Shown piece after piece: positions 23,080 to 37,000 of a stretch of DNA of 64,000 nt (the stretch's first letter is position 1; each line of letters begins with the position of its first letter). The notes under the pieces were generated by a model. The model did no database searches. It saw only the letters and a list, made by a program, of their open reading frames with translations, and was not told the DNA's origin. The stretch comes from Ascidiella aspersa (Eukaryota). The stretch is from NCBI GenBank assembly GCA_963924565.1, contig OZ004610.1, positions 16,306,001-16,370,000 of the forward strand. The letters run 5' to 3'. A program made the translations under genes and the position numbers.

Positions 23080-26000
23080 TCATGTGCTGCCCTCTCCCGA
23101 CGGACCCTCACTTAAGAGAAAATTTCTTGCATATGGGTCTCTACTGGTAGAGGCTCGAGTAGTGGGAGCAGGTTGAAGTCTATAAACAACAGTGGCACCA
23201 GTCTCAAGATAAACATCTTCTCCTTCAGGGTTGTTGCCGGCACCGGGTTGGGGAAAGTTACTTGTCAAGTCTTCGGGTCGTGGCGGATTTAACGGGTTGC
23301 AGTATTCCTTACATTCTCCATCAGTTTCGTAGTTGTTTTTATTGGGGAGACATCCGCCATATATAAACGTTTGACACTGCGATTCGGTCCGATTGAAATA
23401 CCTGTTTATCATTAATTTATTGTAGTTATTAGTCAGTGGTGTTAATATAATCATACAAACAATATCCATAGGTTTTCAACATAGGAGTAAACAATGGGCC
23501 CGTTAACAACGAAAATAACTTTGCTCATGCAAATTATGCCATAGTTCATTTTTTGTCAAATGGTATGCCTTATATTAGTATTTACGTACATTCCAAAAAG
23601 GATTAAAGTCTTGTAATACACTGGGTTTAAATCAGTAACTTCAGCTACCCCGACTTTGTCAAATTCTTTTTCTGTCTGTTGGTAGCATAGTATTATAGAC
23701 TTACACTTTACTGTTCAATAGCAGTTATAAAAGAACGATGTTTGCACATGCCAACATCCGAAACTTACCATCGTGTTATCAACGCCCTGCATGGTCCAGT
23801 ATCTGCAGCGACGAAGCAATTATTTTTTATATCGTTGCGAATACGCCGGTTGTTGTTGTGGTCGCTGTTGGACCCCACGTTTAAACTTCTATCAACCGAT
23901 CCTAAGTACCAACAAACCCAGTTAGTTTAAACTAGCGTGACTAATTAAACCTAATAAAATATTATAGGTATATGATTATGAAAAGCTTCAAGCATTTACC
24001 TGCGTTGTCATCCACAAGTTTAAACGAAATATTGTGAGCGCGTAGCAAATTCCATTTTTCGTTTGTAATGAGATTGACGTCTTTCTCTTTTAGATCGAAT
24101 TTTTCCAAAATCCAGCCTAACGCAGTTACGCTGTACGTCATATAGAAATCGACCTCGACCTGGAATTCAACCGCTACCTGTTTGACTGAAAAACAAATAA
24201 GTCCAGATATAGACAAGATCATTTAAATATGATATAGCTGATGGGGATGTTTTGTATAAAAACAGTGATTCTTAAACTTATTTTTTCAAAACGGCCTTGA
24301 AATGTTTTTTGACGAACCACTTTTCATGTATAAAGTGAAGCTAATCACAAAATAAATGCACTTGGTTCCTCACCTACACGTCCTACAGCTTAGGTTCAAT
24401 TTTTATGGTAGGGCCATATGTCGCATCTAACCTGGTTCGACATTTTTATTTTAGGTACTGTACAAAAACCGACTCACACTCATAGGTTGAAACAAATATT
24501 TTAAGTGTTATTTTTGCGAGAATAAATTTGCCACTTTGAATCCTAAACTAAACTGAATTCATTTCAAGAAAACTACGGTTTGCACTCATGTTATTTACGA
24601 TGTCAATACGCTGTTCTTTATATGTCGCTCAACTAGGTTTGGCTTTAAATGTTCACACACATCTTATACCAGAGGTTTCCAGATTGTGTGTGGCGACGCC
24701 CTGGTGCACTGTTTCATTTCCTATCTTAACTTAATTTTGGTAATGAAATGCTTAAAAGTTATATTAGCATTATCTTATTTTATGTCTACTAAATCAATGT
24801 CACGAAAACAGTTCGTCGATTTTTTTAGTTTCTGTTACAAATAATAATAAAAATAAATAAAATTCCTATCCCTTTACTTCAGACATTGCCCTAAATTAAA
24901 ACCACGTCGGAACACAATTCGGAATAAAATCAAAATAGCACTAATACTTATTAGTCGTAATAACATATAAGTCGGAATAAGTCCTAAACCCGTCGGAATA
25001 AGGTCTAAATGGCCAGAATCGGGCCTATACAAACTTTGACCAACCCCATACAAGCTCAACAGTTAGCACAGACGGAAACAGTAAGCACAAGGTATTTTTG
25101 CTTAGGCTGCGTTAGACATTTATAGACTTAACTTTAATTCTATAGAGTGCAAGCGCCCTAAGCACTTTGGTTAAATAGAAAAATATAAAATAAAATTCCG
25201 GAATGAAACATACAATAAAAAAAAAGATTTCAGCTAAGCTAAAGAGTTTTACACTTCGGTAGTTGGCAAAAAATAGTGTTGAGATGGTGTTCCCCCCTCA
25301 CCTGGATCCAACCAAGGTTAGCACGGGAATTTTGAAACTCTGCATTTGTATGACGTGCCAAAATGCTAGCCGCCCTCAAATAAAGTAAACTATCAGGGTA
25401 CAGCCTAAACAGTTTGTACTTGTTTAATCCATAAAATCTACAAATTATGAGCCGCTATTGCATATTAAGGTTCTTGCAACCCAAAGTGAATGGTTGCGAC
25501 CCACTATTTGCGGATCCTTGAACTTGGGGACGAAGAACCCGGGTTATGCAACCGTTTGTGTAGAAGGGTGCAATGACAATTGGGTGTATTACCAGGTTTC
25601 AGTTTAACAAGTCATGAAGTATAAATTTGTGATAAATCGTGTTACTTGATTTGGTGGTCATATTTTATTTAGAAGAGAGAGTTTATGAGAGTTACCAAAG
25701 TAACAAATAAACAAAATAGCCCAACAAATTAACAAAATAGCCCAACAAATTAACAAAATAGCCCAACAAAATTAAGTGTTCTTACCACAGCTCTTCTTGC
25801 ACTGCCATAGGTATTTGTAGTTGTTTGAGTTGCCGGCGCAACCCTTATAGAAGAAAGTTTCGCAAGCACCGTTTTTTATGTTGTGCCTGTATCTTATTTC
25901 AGAAGGTAGACTACACCAACGTCCTTCACTGACAGCAAATGAACATTTGTCGTAGACTTTTGGAACTGCAAGGCAAGCATATGTTTACAATGAATTACAT

Positions 26001-28818
26001 AATAATGCTGCTAGTAACTTTACTTTATTGAACAGTAAGTGTTGTGTGACTGTAGATTTCGTTTCAAAATAGCTCCGAAAGGGTTTTTTCTTTGAAGCTT
26101 TGCGAAAGAACGCCTGGCTATTTATGTATTTAAAGCTTATGCCATGTTTAAAGGTAGTACCAGGCGCATGAATTCGCATTCTCTGGGGCTATATATGAGT
26201 CATTCATTTCGCGTGTCGATAGCGTCATCATGTCACACAAGCCACAGTATAACAGCAACTATAACTTGAGTGAGATTAAAACGATCTATATTTTACAATG
26301 AAATATGCCAATTTTGAAGCATAAAGTAATTTTTGTTAAAATGATGATTTGCGTGGTAATCCCAAAATGTAGTCGCAAGTGACTTACCGCATTTTTCCTC
26401 ACACAGTTTAAGTGTTTTGTGTCCTCTGCAACCAAATTCTTTAGCTTCACATGCCCCGGTTCGGGGATTGTACACGTACCTACGTAGATTAATTTATTTG
26501 ATTTTAACAAGCTTTTTTGTTAAGAAGTCATAATGAACTGAACTTTATATCGTTAAATTTACTGCAGATACACATTACTGGTCCTGTAATTATAACACTT
26601 CCGTGACAGGTAATTAAGGAAGATGGAATATAGCAATATCGTGTGAAATCGTTTGGTCCCAGATGAAAATAATTTAAGTCTCGTATAAATAATTACTTTT
26701 TTTCGGTCACGGTGCATTGGTAATGCAACTGAGGAACGCTGCAATAATTCGTCTTGATTTCGGTGCGTATAGGGCATTTCCTGCGCAATTGTCGATAATC
26801 ATACAATTGAGGAAGATCCGCAATCTTGTTTCCGGTGTCGTAGTAAGCACAGTAGCACGGTGGTTGTGCACTAAATGAGCACTGGACATTCTAGAATATT
26901 GGAAATCAAACAACTGTTCATACAAACGGTGCTGTGAAATTATACAAACAACAGCATAATAAAATTACATTTTACTCTGCCATATTAGTGTCAGTGATCT
27001 TGAAACCACAAATTTAAATTGTGGAGCTCTTGGTAAAGTTATGTACAGGCAGACTTACTCGGAACTTCTGGTGGTATAATTTGACAAATAACAGCACAAT
27101 GCGAAAATTGTAAATAGGTCTGAGAAAAATTTGTGTATTTTAATTTTAAAGTCGATCAGAAATGGTGGTTATTGCCTTCAAGGCAGAACGGATTTTAACA
27201 AAGCAAGCAAACCATACAGCGCAAAACGATGCAGGGTGTACGAAGCGGGGCTAAGGAGTCGGAGTCGGACTCGGGACTCGAGTAAGACCACGTAAAACTA
27301 CCCGAGTCCGACAAGCGCATGAGCAGAACCAAATTTTAAAACTGTTTGGGCGCCAACTTAATGTAGTAATGTGGAATAGCATATTGTGGAACATTTTTCA
27401 ACCGTGTATTGTGAGTAAATGAATTATATGACACACCTATAGGTGGATTGCTGAATATCCACGTTATTTTTGTTACGTAAATTAGCGAAATACATGGTGT
27501 ATAGAGTCAGGGCCGGACTTGGGACTTGGCAAAATCACACATTTGACCGGAGTCGGAGTCGGGACTCGGGAGTCGGACCCGGGTTTATTTTTTTGGCCGA
27601 GTCGGACTCGGGTTATTTTTAGCCGACTCCGCTGCCCTGGAACGAAGCTTTGTCTTTCTTGTAAGAAGGCACTTTTAATCAAGTTGTCTAAAAAGTAGGA
27701 CATTATACAATATGTATAGCAGACAGAACGTTTTTTGCGGTGGTGTCATTATTAAACTTACCCTGAATATTCCTCCTGTCTTACAATCCGGAATCACGAT
27801 GTTTGCGAATGCCTGCCAGTCATTCGATGAATAGAAATCCGATATCTTTTTATAACAGCCAACGTCGTAGTTTTGCAGTTCTCTTGAGTACGGAAAATAG
27901 CCGCTACAAGCTGAATTTGAAAAACATTAAATAATAAGAGGCGCTTTTGAACAGTTTTCTGAATGTATCATGGGTTAGCTAGAATTTAACATTTAAAATT
28001 AAAAAAATTAGGTCGTATAAAACTACATTGGTTTATAGAGACGTGTATGTTTTTATGTTGTAAAACAGCACGTATTGTGGAAACCCCTATAAAATCAAGA
28101 GTGGGAGATCCCGAAATTATAAAAATTATTCCAAATAGGCAAAAAGATTTTGCTGTCGTAAAACAAGAAAAGACCAAGATATGATGGTTAAAACTTTGAA
28201 GAGAAAAGTGTATTTGAAATTTTTCATGTGGCTAAATTCAGTATTTTATTCTGCAAGGCTAGTGAGTCACAGTAAACAAGACAACAGTATTTGTGTTATA
28301 ATTTTTGGCAGAAAAGTTTTGATAGGTCATACTGTAGAATCGCGTTACTGACATTTGCTTTTGCCAGAGGCTATTATTGCTATATATAAAGGCATAATCA
28401 TCGACGGTAAAAGTATACAGCCTTGATACTGCGGTTTTGTATACTTGTAGTGAGATTTGGGGAACGCTATATTTCACAGGCAAATGTAAAATATTTTACA
28501 AAAAGTTTTCTTATAAGATATAAGATTGGCTAAGAACGTCAGACCCTATAGCATTTAAAAATTATTAAACACAAGCTTATACAAAGGGAAAATGAAAGTA
28601 ACCACGCTATACAATAAAAGCCTTTAGGACTTTTAAATTTTTCCACACACAATTTTTAAAGTCCTGCAAAAAATACAACTGACTGTAGACAGCAATTCCT
28701 AATAACCCTGTGTTTTTATTTACTGTTTTAAAATATGTTATAGCAAAAATAACTTTAACCTACCTTTAACAAGAAGCAAGGCAACTGCAAACAAAAATGT
28801 ATTGTATGTCCTCGTCAT
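23080..28818 (-). CDS. secreted multidomain protease-inhibitor-like protein: signal peptide, thyroglobulin type-1, Kunitz x2, spacer, Kunitz, Pro/Ser-rich tail
   Basis: Exons approx. 28818-28764 (MTRTYNTFLFAVALLLVK), 27910-27762 (..GCYKK..IVIPDCKTGGIFR), 26890-26697 (NVQCSFSAQPPCYCAYYDTG..YCSVPQLHYQC), 26478-26388 (YVYNPRTGACEAKEFGCRG..CEEKC), 25965-25785 (CSFAVSEGRWC..CETFFYKGCAGNSNNY..CKKSC), 25339-25302, 24177-24000, 23900-23770 (CFVAADTGPCRALITRW), 23401-23080 (YFNRTESQCQTFIYGGCLPNKNNY..CKEYC); intron phases are consistent. Confidence 0.85.
25710..25775. repeat. tandem repeat, 21-bp unit x3
   Basis: AACAAAATAGCCCAACAAATT repeated three times. Confidence 0.9.
27246..27639. mobile_element. 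hAT-type MITE with GAGTCG/GACTCG subterminal repeats
   Basis: CGGGGCTAAGGAGTCGG ... CCGACTCCGCTGCCCTG; TSD GTACGAAG / GAACGAAG (7/8). Confidence 0.8.
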
Positions 28819-28937
28819 TTCTGTATCGATTCTACTTTTGCAAAAGCTGAAGCTCACTGAGAGTTATCACTGCTTTCTCGTATTTCTTCTCTTGTGTGAA
28901 CAAATCATTTATGAGACAACGTTAGAGCTGCGTGGTC

Positions 28938-28944
28938 TTTTATA
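28938..28944 (-). promoter_or_regulatory. candidate TATA box of the Tg1-Kunitz gene
   Basis: TATAAAA about 125 nt upstream of the ATG, with a TCAT initiator-like motif about 30 nt downstream (~28914). Confidence 0.45.
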
Positions 28945-30316
28945 CAGCCTCGAGCCCTCGAGCGTCCCACGCGTAATGCCCAAACCTACAAAGGCGCTGA
29001 CGTACGGCGAGGGCTGCCAACCTCCAAAAAGGACAGATCGCGCTCACGCGACCGCAAATAAATTTTAATTCCAATTTCGTGCAATCGCTGACAATAACCC
29101 AACAATCCTATAGAATCAAAAAAGCTTGTATCAGCTTGACCATGTTTGGATTGATTGTTTTGTTTTGTCAATCACTCAGAAGTGATAGTCCAGTGCCCAC
29201 ACATCGCGTTGCAATTATCCCAGTATTTGTTTATTGTTACCATTCAACAGATACGTAATAGTCATTAATTTGCTTGTGCGCTTCTCAAATTCGGCACACG
29301 AGCTACAATTACCGAAAAACCGTCACTGTTTAACACGTGGAGTTTGTTTACAATACAAGCAAAGAAAGGTGATGCACTGTTACGTACATTAAAGTCGCAG
29401 CTGGTCGGACAATCGTTAAAAACTAACGTTGAAGTTGGTGGGTGGTTAAATTAGGTATGTGTACTGTATCGCGCGTCACAGCGATTCCCATAAAATGTTT
29501 CTATTGGCAGTAGCTACAATCAACCAACATTATTGAAAATGTGTACAAAATCAAACGTAGAAGCATCTTTTTGCCGGCAAAATACATTTTTGGTAAGTCA
29601 AACAGTATTATATATGACCCTGTTGGTAACATTATTATTTTCTGTAAATGTAACACTAATCGTTTCGGTTAAGATTTTTAAGGCTCATAAATTGTTTAGG
29701 GGCCTTGCATTAGGCCTAGGGAGTATATCTAAACAAAACAGACTGTATAGATCAGGCTCACACATTTTACCTTTGCTTAATTTCTCGCGTTTTTCACTTT
29801 GGCTCAGAGGAGGTATAGTTCTCGGTTTGAGGAAAAATTTAGTTTGCAAGTGAAAAATATTCTAGAGTTTGCGTTTCACCATAAAAATGTATATTAATAA
29901 AATAAACAAAATAACATGTATATCAGTAAAATTATACAATAAAATGTATATAGTAAATATATATATTAATAAAATAAACCAAATAACCTTTTTTTTGAGA
30001 AATAGCCCTATATGTCTCTTTTTTCATTTTAAGGCGCTATTGCAGCCTATTTTAAAACATTGCGCAGTTTTGGCCGGCGGCTGCTTGTTCTATAATTAGT
30101 AGCACTCGTAAAATTTAATTTAACAGACACTTCCTAAACCAAAATAAAAACGCTTTTGAGCTAATTTTCATTTCCTTTTGCCAAATTTGATTCGGATGGT
30201 TAGGCACGTTACCATTAAAAAAACGTGCACATAAAGCAGTGCAGAGCGCTGGTCGCGAAGCCAAATTTAGCTCATAGCAAAAATCCTTTCTCTGTAGTTT
30301 GGAACTGTATGTATGT

Positions 30317-31323
30317 TAGGGTTGCCATACGCCTGGATTTTCCCAGACATGTCAGGGATTTTATTGTTTAAATCTGCGTCAGGGAGAAATGACAAAATAT
30401 GCTTATATGTCTATGATTTAACCGTATTGTATAAATTATATCGCCAATACATTCAAAGAGAGTTACTCGCGAGTGAAAATACTGTTCATTGATTGAAATA
30501 CAATTCATTGTTACGTCACACACTACTAGGTTATGGCTTTTTTAATCATTTTGTTTCGCTTTTGTGCAGAGTTTTTGCGTACCGTATAAATTACGTTCTA
30601 TTTTAGTATTCTCTGTTAAAAACTTTTACCCAGAATGTTTTTTTCATTTGTTAACTGCAAGTAGATCGCAAACCCTAAACAAGCAAAAGTATACATATTT
30701 TTTTTTATCAAACATCGAGGTGCAGTGAAACATCATTTGCCTACCGCTAAACTTACTGTGGAAACACACTTGTTTTGAGTTGTTTAAAGTCTAATTATTT
30801 TGCTACAAACCAATTTTTCATCTGGCCAAGCTGCTATTTATTAGCCGAATTCCTATAATAAACATTATTATCTCTTTTAAAGATTCCAGCTGAGTTTGTT
30901 AAGATCTTAAAGAGAAAATGTAAATTCACGAGTGGAATACAAGTAAAATATCCATGCTTTATAGACATGTTAGAAGTTGAAGGTGTGCAGAATGTTTAGT
31001 TTGCAACCCAAGCACAGTTTCATACAAAAGTATGTAAATGAAAAAGCGCGAAATCTATGTCTAGCTCGTTTTGTTGAATTCAGATTAGCCAAAAAAGTGC
31101 GCCGTGCGACTCATCGCACCATCGAAAGTAAAAATTTCGCCAACTTAAACTATCTACAAAGGCATTTTTCACTCAGCACGCCATTGTTTTACAATTTTTA
31201 CAAAAAAAATACGTCACGGTTTGACATAACTTTGTGACGTCATTTCTGTGTTTTAAATCTTCCCGATCTGGAGTTGGTCAATGTAACCGCGGTAAATTTG
31301 CCAGGGAAAATATTGCAACCCTG
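30317..31323. mobile_element. degenerate hAT-type non-autonomous element
   Basis: TAGGGTTGCCATA / TATTGCAACCCTG termini; TSD not clear. Confidence 0.55.
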
Positions 31324-34049
31324 TGTACGGTATGTCAATTTACAAATAATAACCATACACATTATTATTATTATTACTATAGGTATTATACATATTTACA
31401 TAGTTACACCTAACTGTTTTGGTTAAACCAACAAACAAAAATAATAAGTATCGGTGGGATTATTATCTCTCCTTTTTGTTATATCAAGTTATCTGGCAAT
31501 TATGAAGGAAAATAACAAAGTGTAACATTCGTAAAACGCCATAAATAACCTGTTTTACAATTAAATCAAATAACGTATTCAGTATTTATTGTATTGTATA
31601 CTTTGTATATTCGACATTAAAAGAATGACGTCACAAATTACGTCAGAACGATATTTCATAATTCAAGTAGTACCAGAGACGTTCTGTTCTCGAACTAAAT
31701 TCACAAATATGCAAGTGAAAACCTAAATTAAGTAACTCGCGCGATGGCTGTAGGGTCTATTTTAAAACCAAAGAAGGTTCCTACAAAGTTCGAAAATTTA
31801 TTGATTTTTTTGGGTGGCATGTTCTCTCCATAAATCAAGAGAACGGCAATGAGTTCGGTCGGAATAATATTATTTTTGGGATTTTTATCTAATATTGATG
31901 GTTTTCTTACAAATGTTTTTTTAAATTTGCTTTCCATATTAATTTTGAACCCTGTTGCAAGTCGGTGTAATTGCTATTAGAATCTGTTTCATCGCGCGAC
32001 ATGCGTGCACATAAATTTACAAATAACGCTATTTTTATCAAGCCAAGAAATTCATGTGTGCAGCAACCTTATTCCCTGCCACCGCGGGGCTTTTAATTAT
32101 CAGACTCATATCGTCAAATCACCACAAGCATTCGACGAGAAAAACTTGCCGCCTACGCTATTTTAAACCAAGACTACATTAATGACGTTTTTGCGGCCTG
32201 GACACTCGTCATTACAGGAGGGCATAAATATAATGAGGTTATATTGCGCGTGTGTCGGCCAGTACCATTGCCGGGGGCCACAAAATCTCAGCCAGTCGGG
32301 TAAAACGTCACGAGCTTCTAGCCGACAGTTGTCATCATTTCCCATTCCAAATTCTTCAGTTCGACGACAATTTTGCGCAAGTACGGAGTTATTGTTTTCG
32401 TAAGCCAACGACGGTTCTAACTCCTCGGCGTTTTTTCTAAAAGCGGCTTATATGTTCGACACCGGACATTTGCTATGTTGGTACGCAAACACATTGCTTT
32501 AACTTACGAGATCATACTAATAGAATCATTTTGGTGGTAAATGTAGGCAGAGCATGCAAAATGATGAACTGAAGAAGATTACTTATAACATCAATTTGGT
32601 GACGTCGAGTTGATTACGGATGTAATAAGCGAACTTTGTCATCATCAATTTTTCAAAACTGCAAATAGACAAGCCAATAGACTCTAACTATACATAGTGG
32701 TAAAAAATATAGCATTCAACGTTTCGTACTGTATTTATTCAACACTGAAAAATTGACGCAACGCGCTTTGAAATGTTTTCAAAATAATCGGCTTTTACAA
32801 GACATGACGGATTAACTATACTGCGGTACTTACAACAGCCGAACCCATAATTTACTAAGAAAATTTTCCTGCACATGGAAGCACAAGTGGTTACTTTACT
32901 ACTTGATGTATTCTAACCCGGCACTTTAAAGGGGGTTCCAGTAAGAATTCTTTCCAAGCGCTTTAAATCTAACTAAGTTGCTTGTAATAAATGTATCGGT
33001 CGCTTGTAGGCTATTGTCAATTGTTGAGCATCATTTAATCGTAATTGGTTTTTCGTTTACAACTTTACTATAATTTAGTCAAAAATCCTGTCGTTTAACA
33101 CGATTCGGATTTTCATAGCATGTTGACGACGTTGTATTACGTTAATATTGTTGGGTAAATAAATTGCTAAAACTAGTATCCTGGTTTTTGACTGTATGTC
33201 AACAAACTGGCAAAATAGTTTGTTTATTATTGATTCTTCTTGGCAAAACAATATTTCGGCCCGAGGTGTGCTACAGTGACAATTAAAAAGTTTCATTTTT
33301 TAAACATTGTGGAAACAAACATTTCATTTTAAACGAAATGTCACCCATATACACCCAAATAGAGCACCTAATGTAAAGTTCTCAAAACAACTTCCTTTAA
33401 CAAATGTTTATTGTATAGGTGGCAATTCCCGTTAATATATTGGTCGACTGCAAAACAGTACAAATCTACGCAGCACAATATTTTTAGTTCAATATTTTAC
33501 ATGCAACCTTTTACGGCTCAATCGTAAAGTAAAAATCACCTTAGTGAAATTATGACTACCGATAAATAAACAAATTTAAGGAAGAAACACATGATAAGAA
33601 AAGCGAGAACCAAAATGAGCGCATCTTCCCCTGTAATGTGCAATTAACGACTATTTGTCACATTCTTGGTTTCGAATTTTGAAACTACCTGCAATATTCA
33701 TCGTTTAAAAGAGGTTATATTACTTGATCTTTAAAATCTAGTTCGTAATAGATAACAACACATTAGTATTTGAATTTGACTTCAATTAGTTGCGAAATTT
33801 GTCTCAATGTAATTGCGGTGGAGCTAAGTAGCGATTAAGTGCTATTGTGCCGACTTAGCTATAGGTTTATAGCAACAATCAAAATATAATATCAATTTCT
33901 TAGCAGCGAAAGGCTTCATCTGCAAATTCTTGATGCTTTACAGTGGCTTGCTACATAAACTTTATAAACAAATACATCACAAAGATTGCTCAGGAGCTCA
34001 AACAACCCAGAACACAACATGAGAAGAATTTCATGATGAAGCTTTGAAG

Positions 34050-37000
34050 TTAACTAGTTGGCCTTTGAAGGTCGTTCAAATTGAAAACGCTTTGAGCGTG
34101 TGGACCTTAAAACAAAATTAAATTTACAGATAAACAAAAAATTATATTCCTGTTGTAATTCATATCTAGATATACATAGACCGTCGAAAGTACTTATTGG
34201 GACAAGCATCAATCATCACTAAAATATTAGGCAAATTGTTTGCTACAGTTGCTTGACACATAATTTAGGCAAGTCACGAAAAAACTATTTTCGATTTCTG
34301 TCTGAGCTAGCAAAAATTAAAAAACGACCAAAATCGTTATTATGTACGAAAAATTGTATTTTGGTTCATTATCTGCAGTCAAACATTTTGGGTTTGGATA
34401 AGTGTTGTGACGAACATGGGAAATGGATTTTTTTCGGATTTCCTTCATGCAATCGCCTTCCAAACGTTGACCACAGCTGACAAAGGTCACGCCTCGCGAT
34501 GATCATTTTTATTCTGACGTTTTAATGGCACGCAGTTTGGTCGTTACCGGAGTTTCGTCATCAGCAAACAACGCGTTCGAAAGTGCTTGCGGGTCACATG
34601 CATTCAGTCTTACACATTGTACAAAGTGGTTCCCCCATGCGAATTAATCGAAAGCAATCTTGCTGAGCATTTCTTTTAATTTCGAACTCTTTCACAATAT
34701 TCAAGCAATAATGTTTTACCAAAAAATGGAGAACTGTTAAGAACACATTCGACACCAATAATAGATAACAGGAAAATGTGGCTTCGACCACTTTGTAGAC
34801 CTACAAACCATTGTTTAAAATTATTACGTCGATGGCTCATTTATTACCAAGACATTATTATCAAGGAGCGAAACAATGTCAAACCAAGAACAGATATTCT
34901 GGTAGTGTGTTAACTTAACCTAAACTAAACATTTTTATCAGCCGGTGCATTTTGTTGTACCATTAACCAGACTTAAAATCTTGCTCAAACATAATTTCAC
35001 CTTTTAAACGTTGCAGTACTTGACGACCAATGTTCAATCTTCTAATGTGCTCTTGGGGCAACCTAGCGGAACTTTGTTGGGGTTGCTGAATTTCGGGAAA
35101 CCGCATGCCCCTTGGGGGATTGCGGTATGCTGGGTTACTGGAGGGACCTTTTGTGTCTTCCGGATAATACTGTAAAGAAAAAAAGAATTGCTATATTGCT
35201 TGCGCGATGGGATGTAATTCAAAGAAGGTTGGCTTAAAAGATCTTTATATACGATTATACATTAAAATGGTATACGTCCTATAGTAGAATTAGCATGGAA
35301 TATGGTCGTTTTAAACAACAGTTTATCCACATATAGCCGCTTTTAACGTTTTAGAAAGCGTAGCGAGTGTGCTTTTTGATATAATGTTTACCCCTTGTGG
35401 CGGGGCAACGTGGCCAGGTTGCAGAGCGCAGTCGGTTGGAAGGCACACTCCTGGCGAACCGTAGTCCCCTCTTGTACCGGGAAGGCCTCGTAGGCCGACT
35501 ATACCCTGCTTTCCCGGTTTGCCATCCTTGCCTTTGTAGCTCAACCCTGGTCTGCCTGGCCTTCCTAAAAAGTATCTTGTGTTTGTTCCGTTTATTTCGT
35601 TACGCGATTATTTTTGTCGTACCTGGTTTTCCCACGGGCCCACTGGCACCAGGTATAGAATATCCTCGATCCCCTGTATCACCCTTTTCGCCCTTGGCAC
35701 CTTATAAACATGTTAAAGCGTTTAAAATATAACTTACAAAATGATTTTCGTGTATGCCTGGTTTTACAAACCGGGAATTCCCCGTTTTCCTGCTGGTCCA
35801 CGTAGGCCTTGGATTCCGACGGGGCCGTCGTTACCCTTAAATCCCGGGAGTCCCTGGATGCCTTTGGCGCCATTTTCTCCAGGTGGTCCCGGTACCCCTT
35901 GTGATAATTTTGGTGCAATACAGCGCTGGCATTGGTGTCTCAAAGCAATAGTAACACTGCATATAAATTATATGATCTTATTTCCTGACAATTGTCAAAA
36001 CAAAATAAATGTATAGCGATTAACATTATTTGGTGTATTCTTATACGGAAGAAGCCCTACTTACGCTGGAAGCATTTCGCCAAGTAATGTTCGAATAAGT
36101 GTTTCAATTTCTTTTAAATCTCTGGGTGGTCCCTGTCGTTTAAAAAAGTGGTTTAAAAAAATGAAATACAATTGCCACGACCATTAGGCCTAATCCAATG
36201 TTGATTTACCCCTGGTCCTCTCGGCCCTGTTTTTCCAATAGTTCCGGGGATTCCAGTTGGTCCATCGAATCCCCTTTCCCCCTTTTCTCCTTTAGGACCA
36301 ACTGGACCAATCGCACCTTGCTGGCCACGAATGCCAACTTCGCCTTTATTGCCAGCCTAACAACATTAGACTAATAGCACCACGCACAAGTGTAAAAAAA
36401 ACAAAAAAACAGAATAAAACATTAACCGCTGATCAGAAGTCCTACCGTTCCTCTTGGGCCGTTGCTTCCTTTTTGTCCCTGAAAAATAATAATTGTGTCG
36501 CTAAACTTAGCCGTCTTCATCAATTAGGTTGAACACAGTGGTAGATAAATTAAATACGAAACAATTGTGGCAGAACCAAAAGCAAAAAAATGTAGGGGCC
36601 TATACGGTCAAATTAGCTTTGACACTTACCTCAGAACCGACCACACCCATAGGACCACTTTTTCCAGTGCAACCCTGTTCAAAAGATTTTGGTTTATAAA
36701 GTTTGTGCATTTCTTTTTAAGATAAACATTTTAAGGTAATTTTAATAATGACCTTTTTGCCGACTTGCCCTGCTTCTCCTTGGTGTCCCTAGAGAAAAAA
36801 TAAAATTACAAAAAATGCGGTTTCGCTTAATTTAGGTTTTATCATAAACGATTACACTGGTCAACAAAATTTAACTTTATTTTACAAACGGAAAACATTT
36901 TAGATGTTTTTTGTGTTTCTCTAGCAGTTCAAAGTAAAAAATATCGTCTATTTGCTTTGCTAAAAAAACGCATTTAATACTCAGCTATGGTACATTGACA

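Noticed and set aside
25710-25775. CRISPR-like array
   Set aside because: Head-to-tail minisatellite without spacers, in a eukaryotic intron.
27059-27119. Exon-like block (TYLQFSHCAVICQIIPPEVP) in the Tg1-Kunitz gene
   Set aside because: Exits in phase 1 and would frameshift the next exon; the flanking exons join directly in phase 0 to form the Tg1 domain.
34550-34566. CTGATGA-CGAAAC on the minus strand as another hammerhead
   Set aside because: There is no stem II between the boxes and no stem I.
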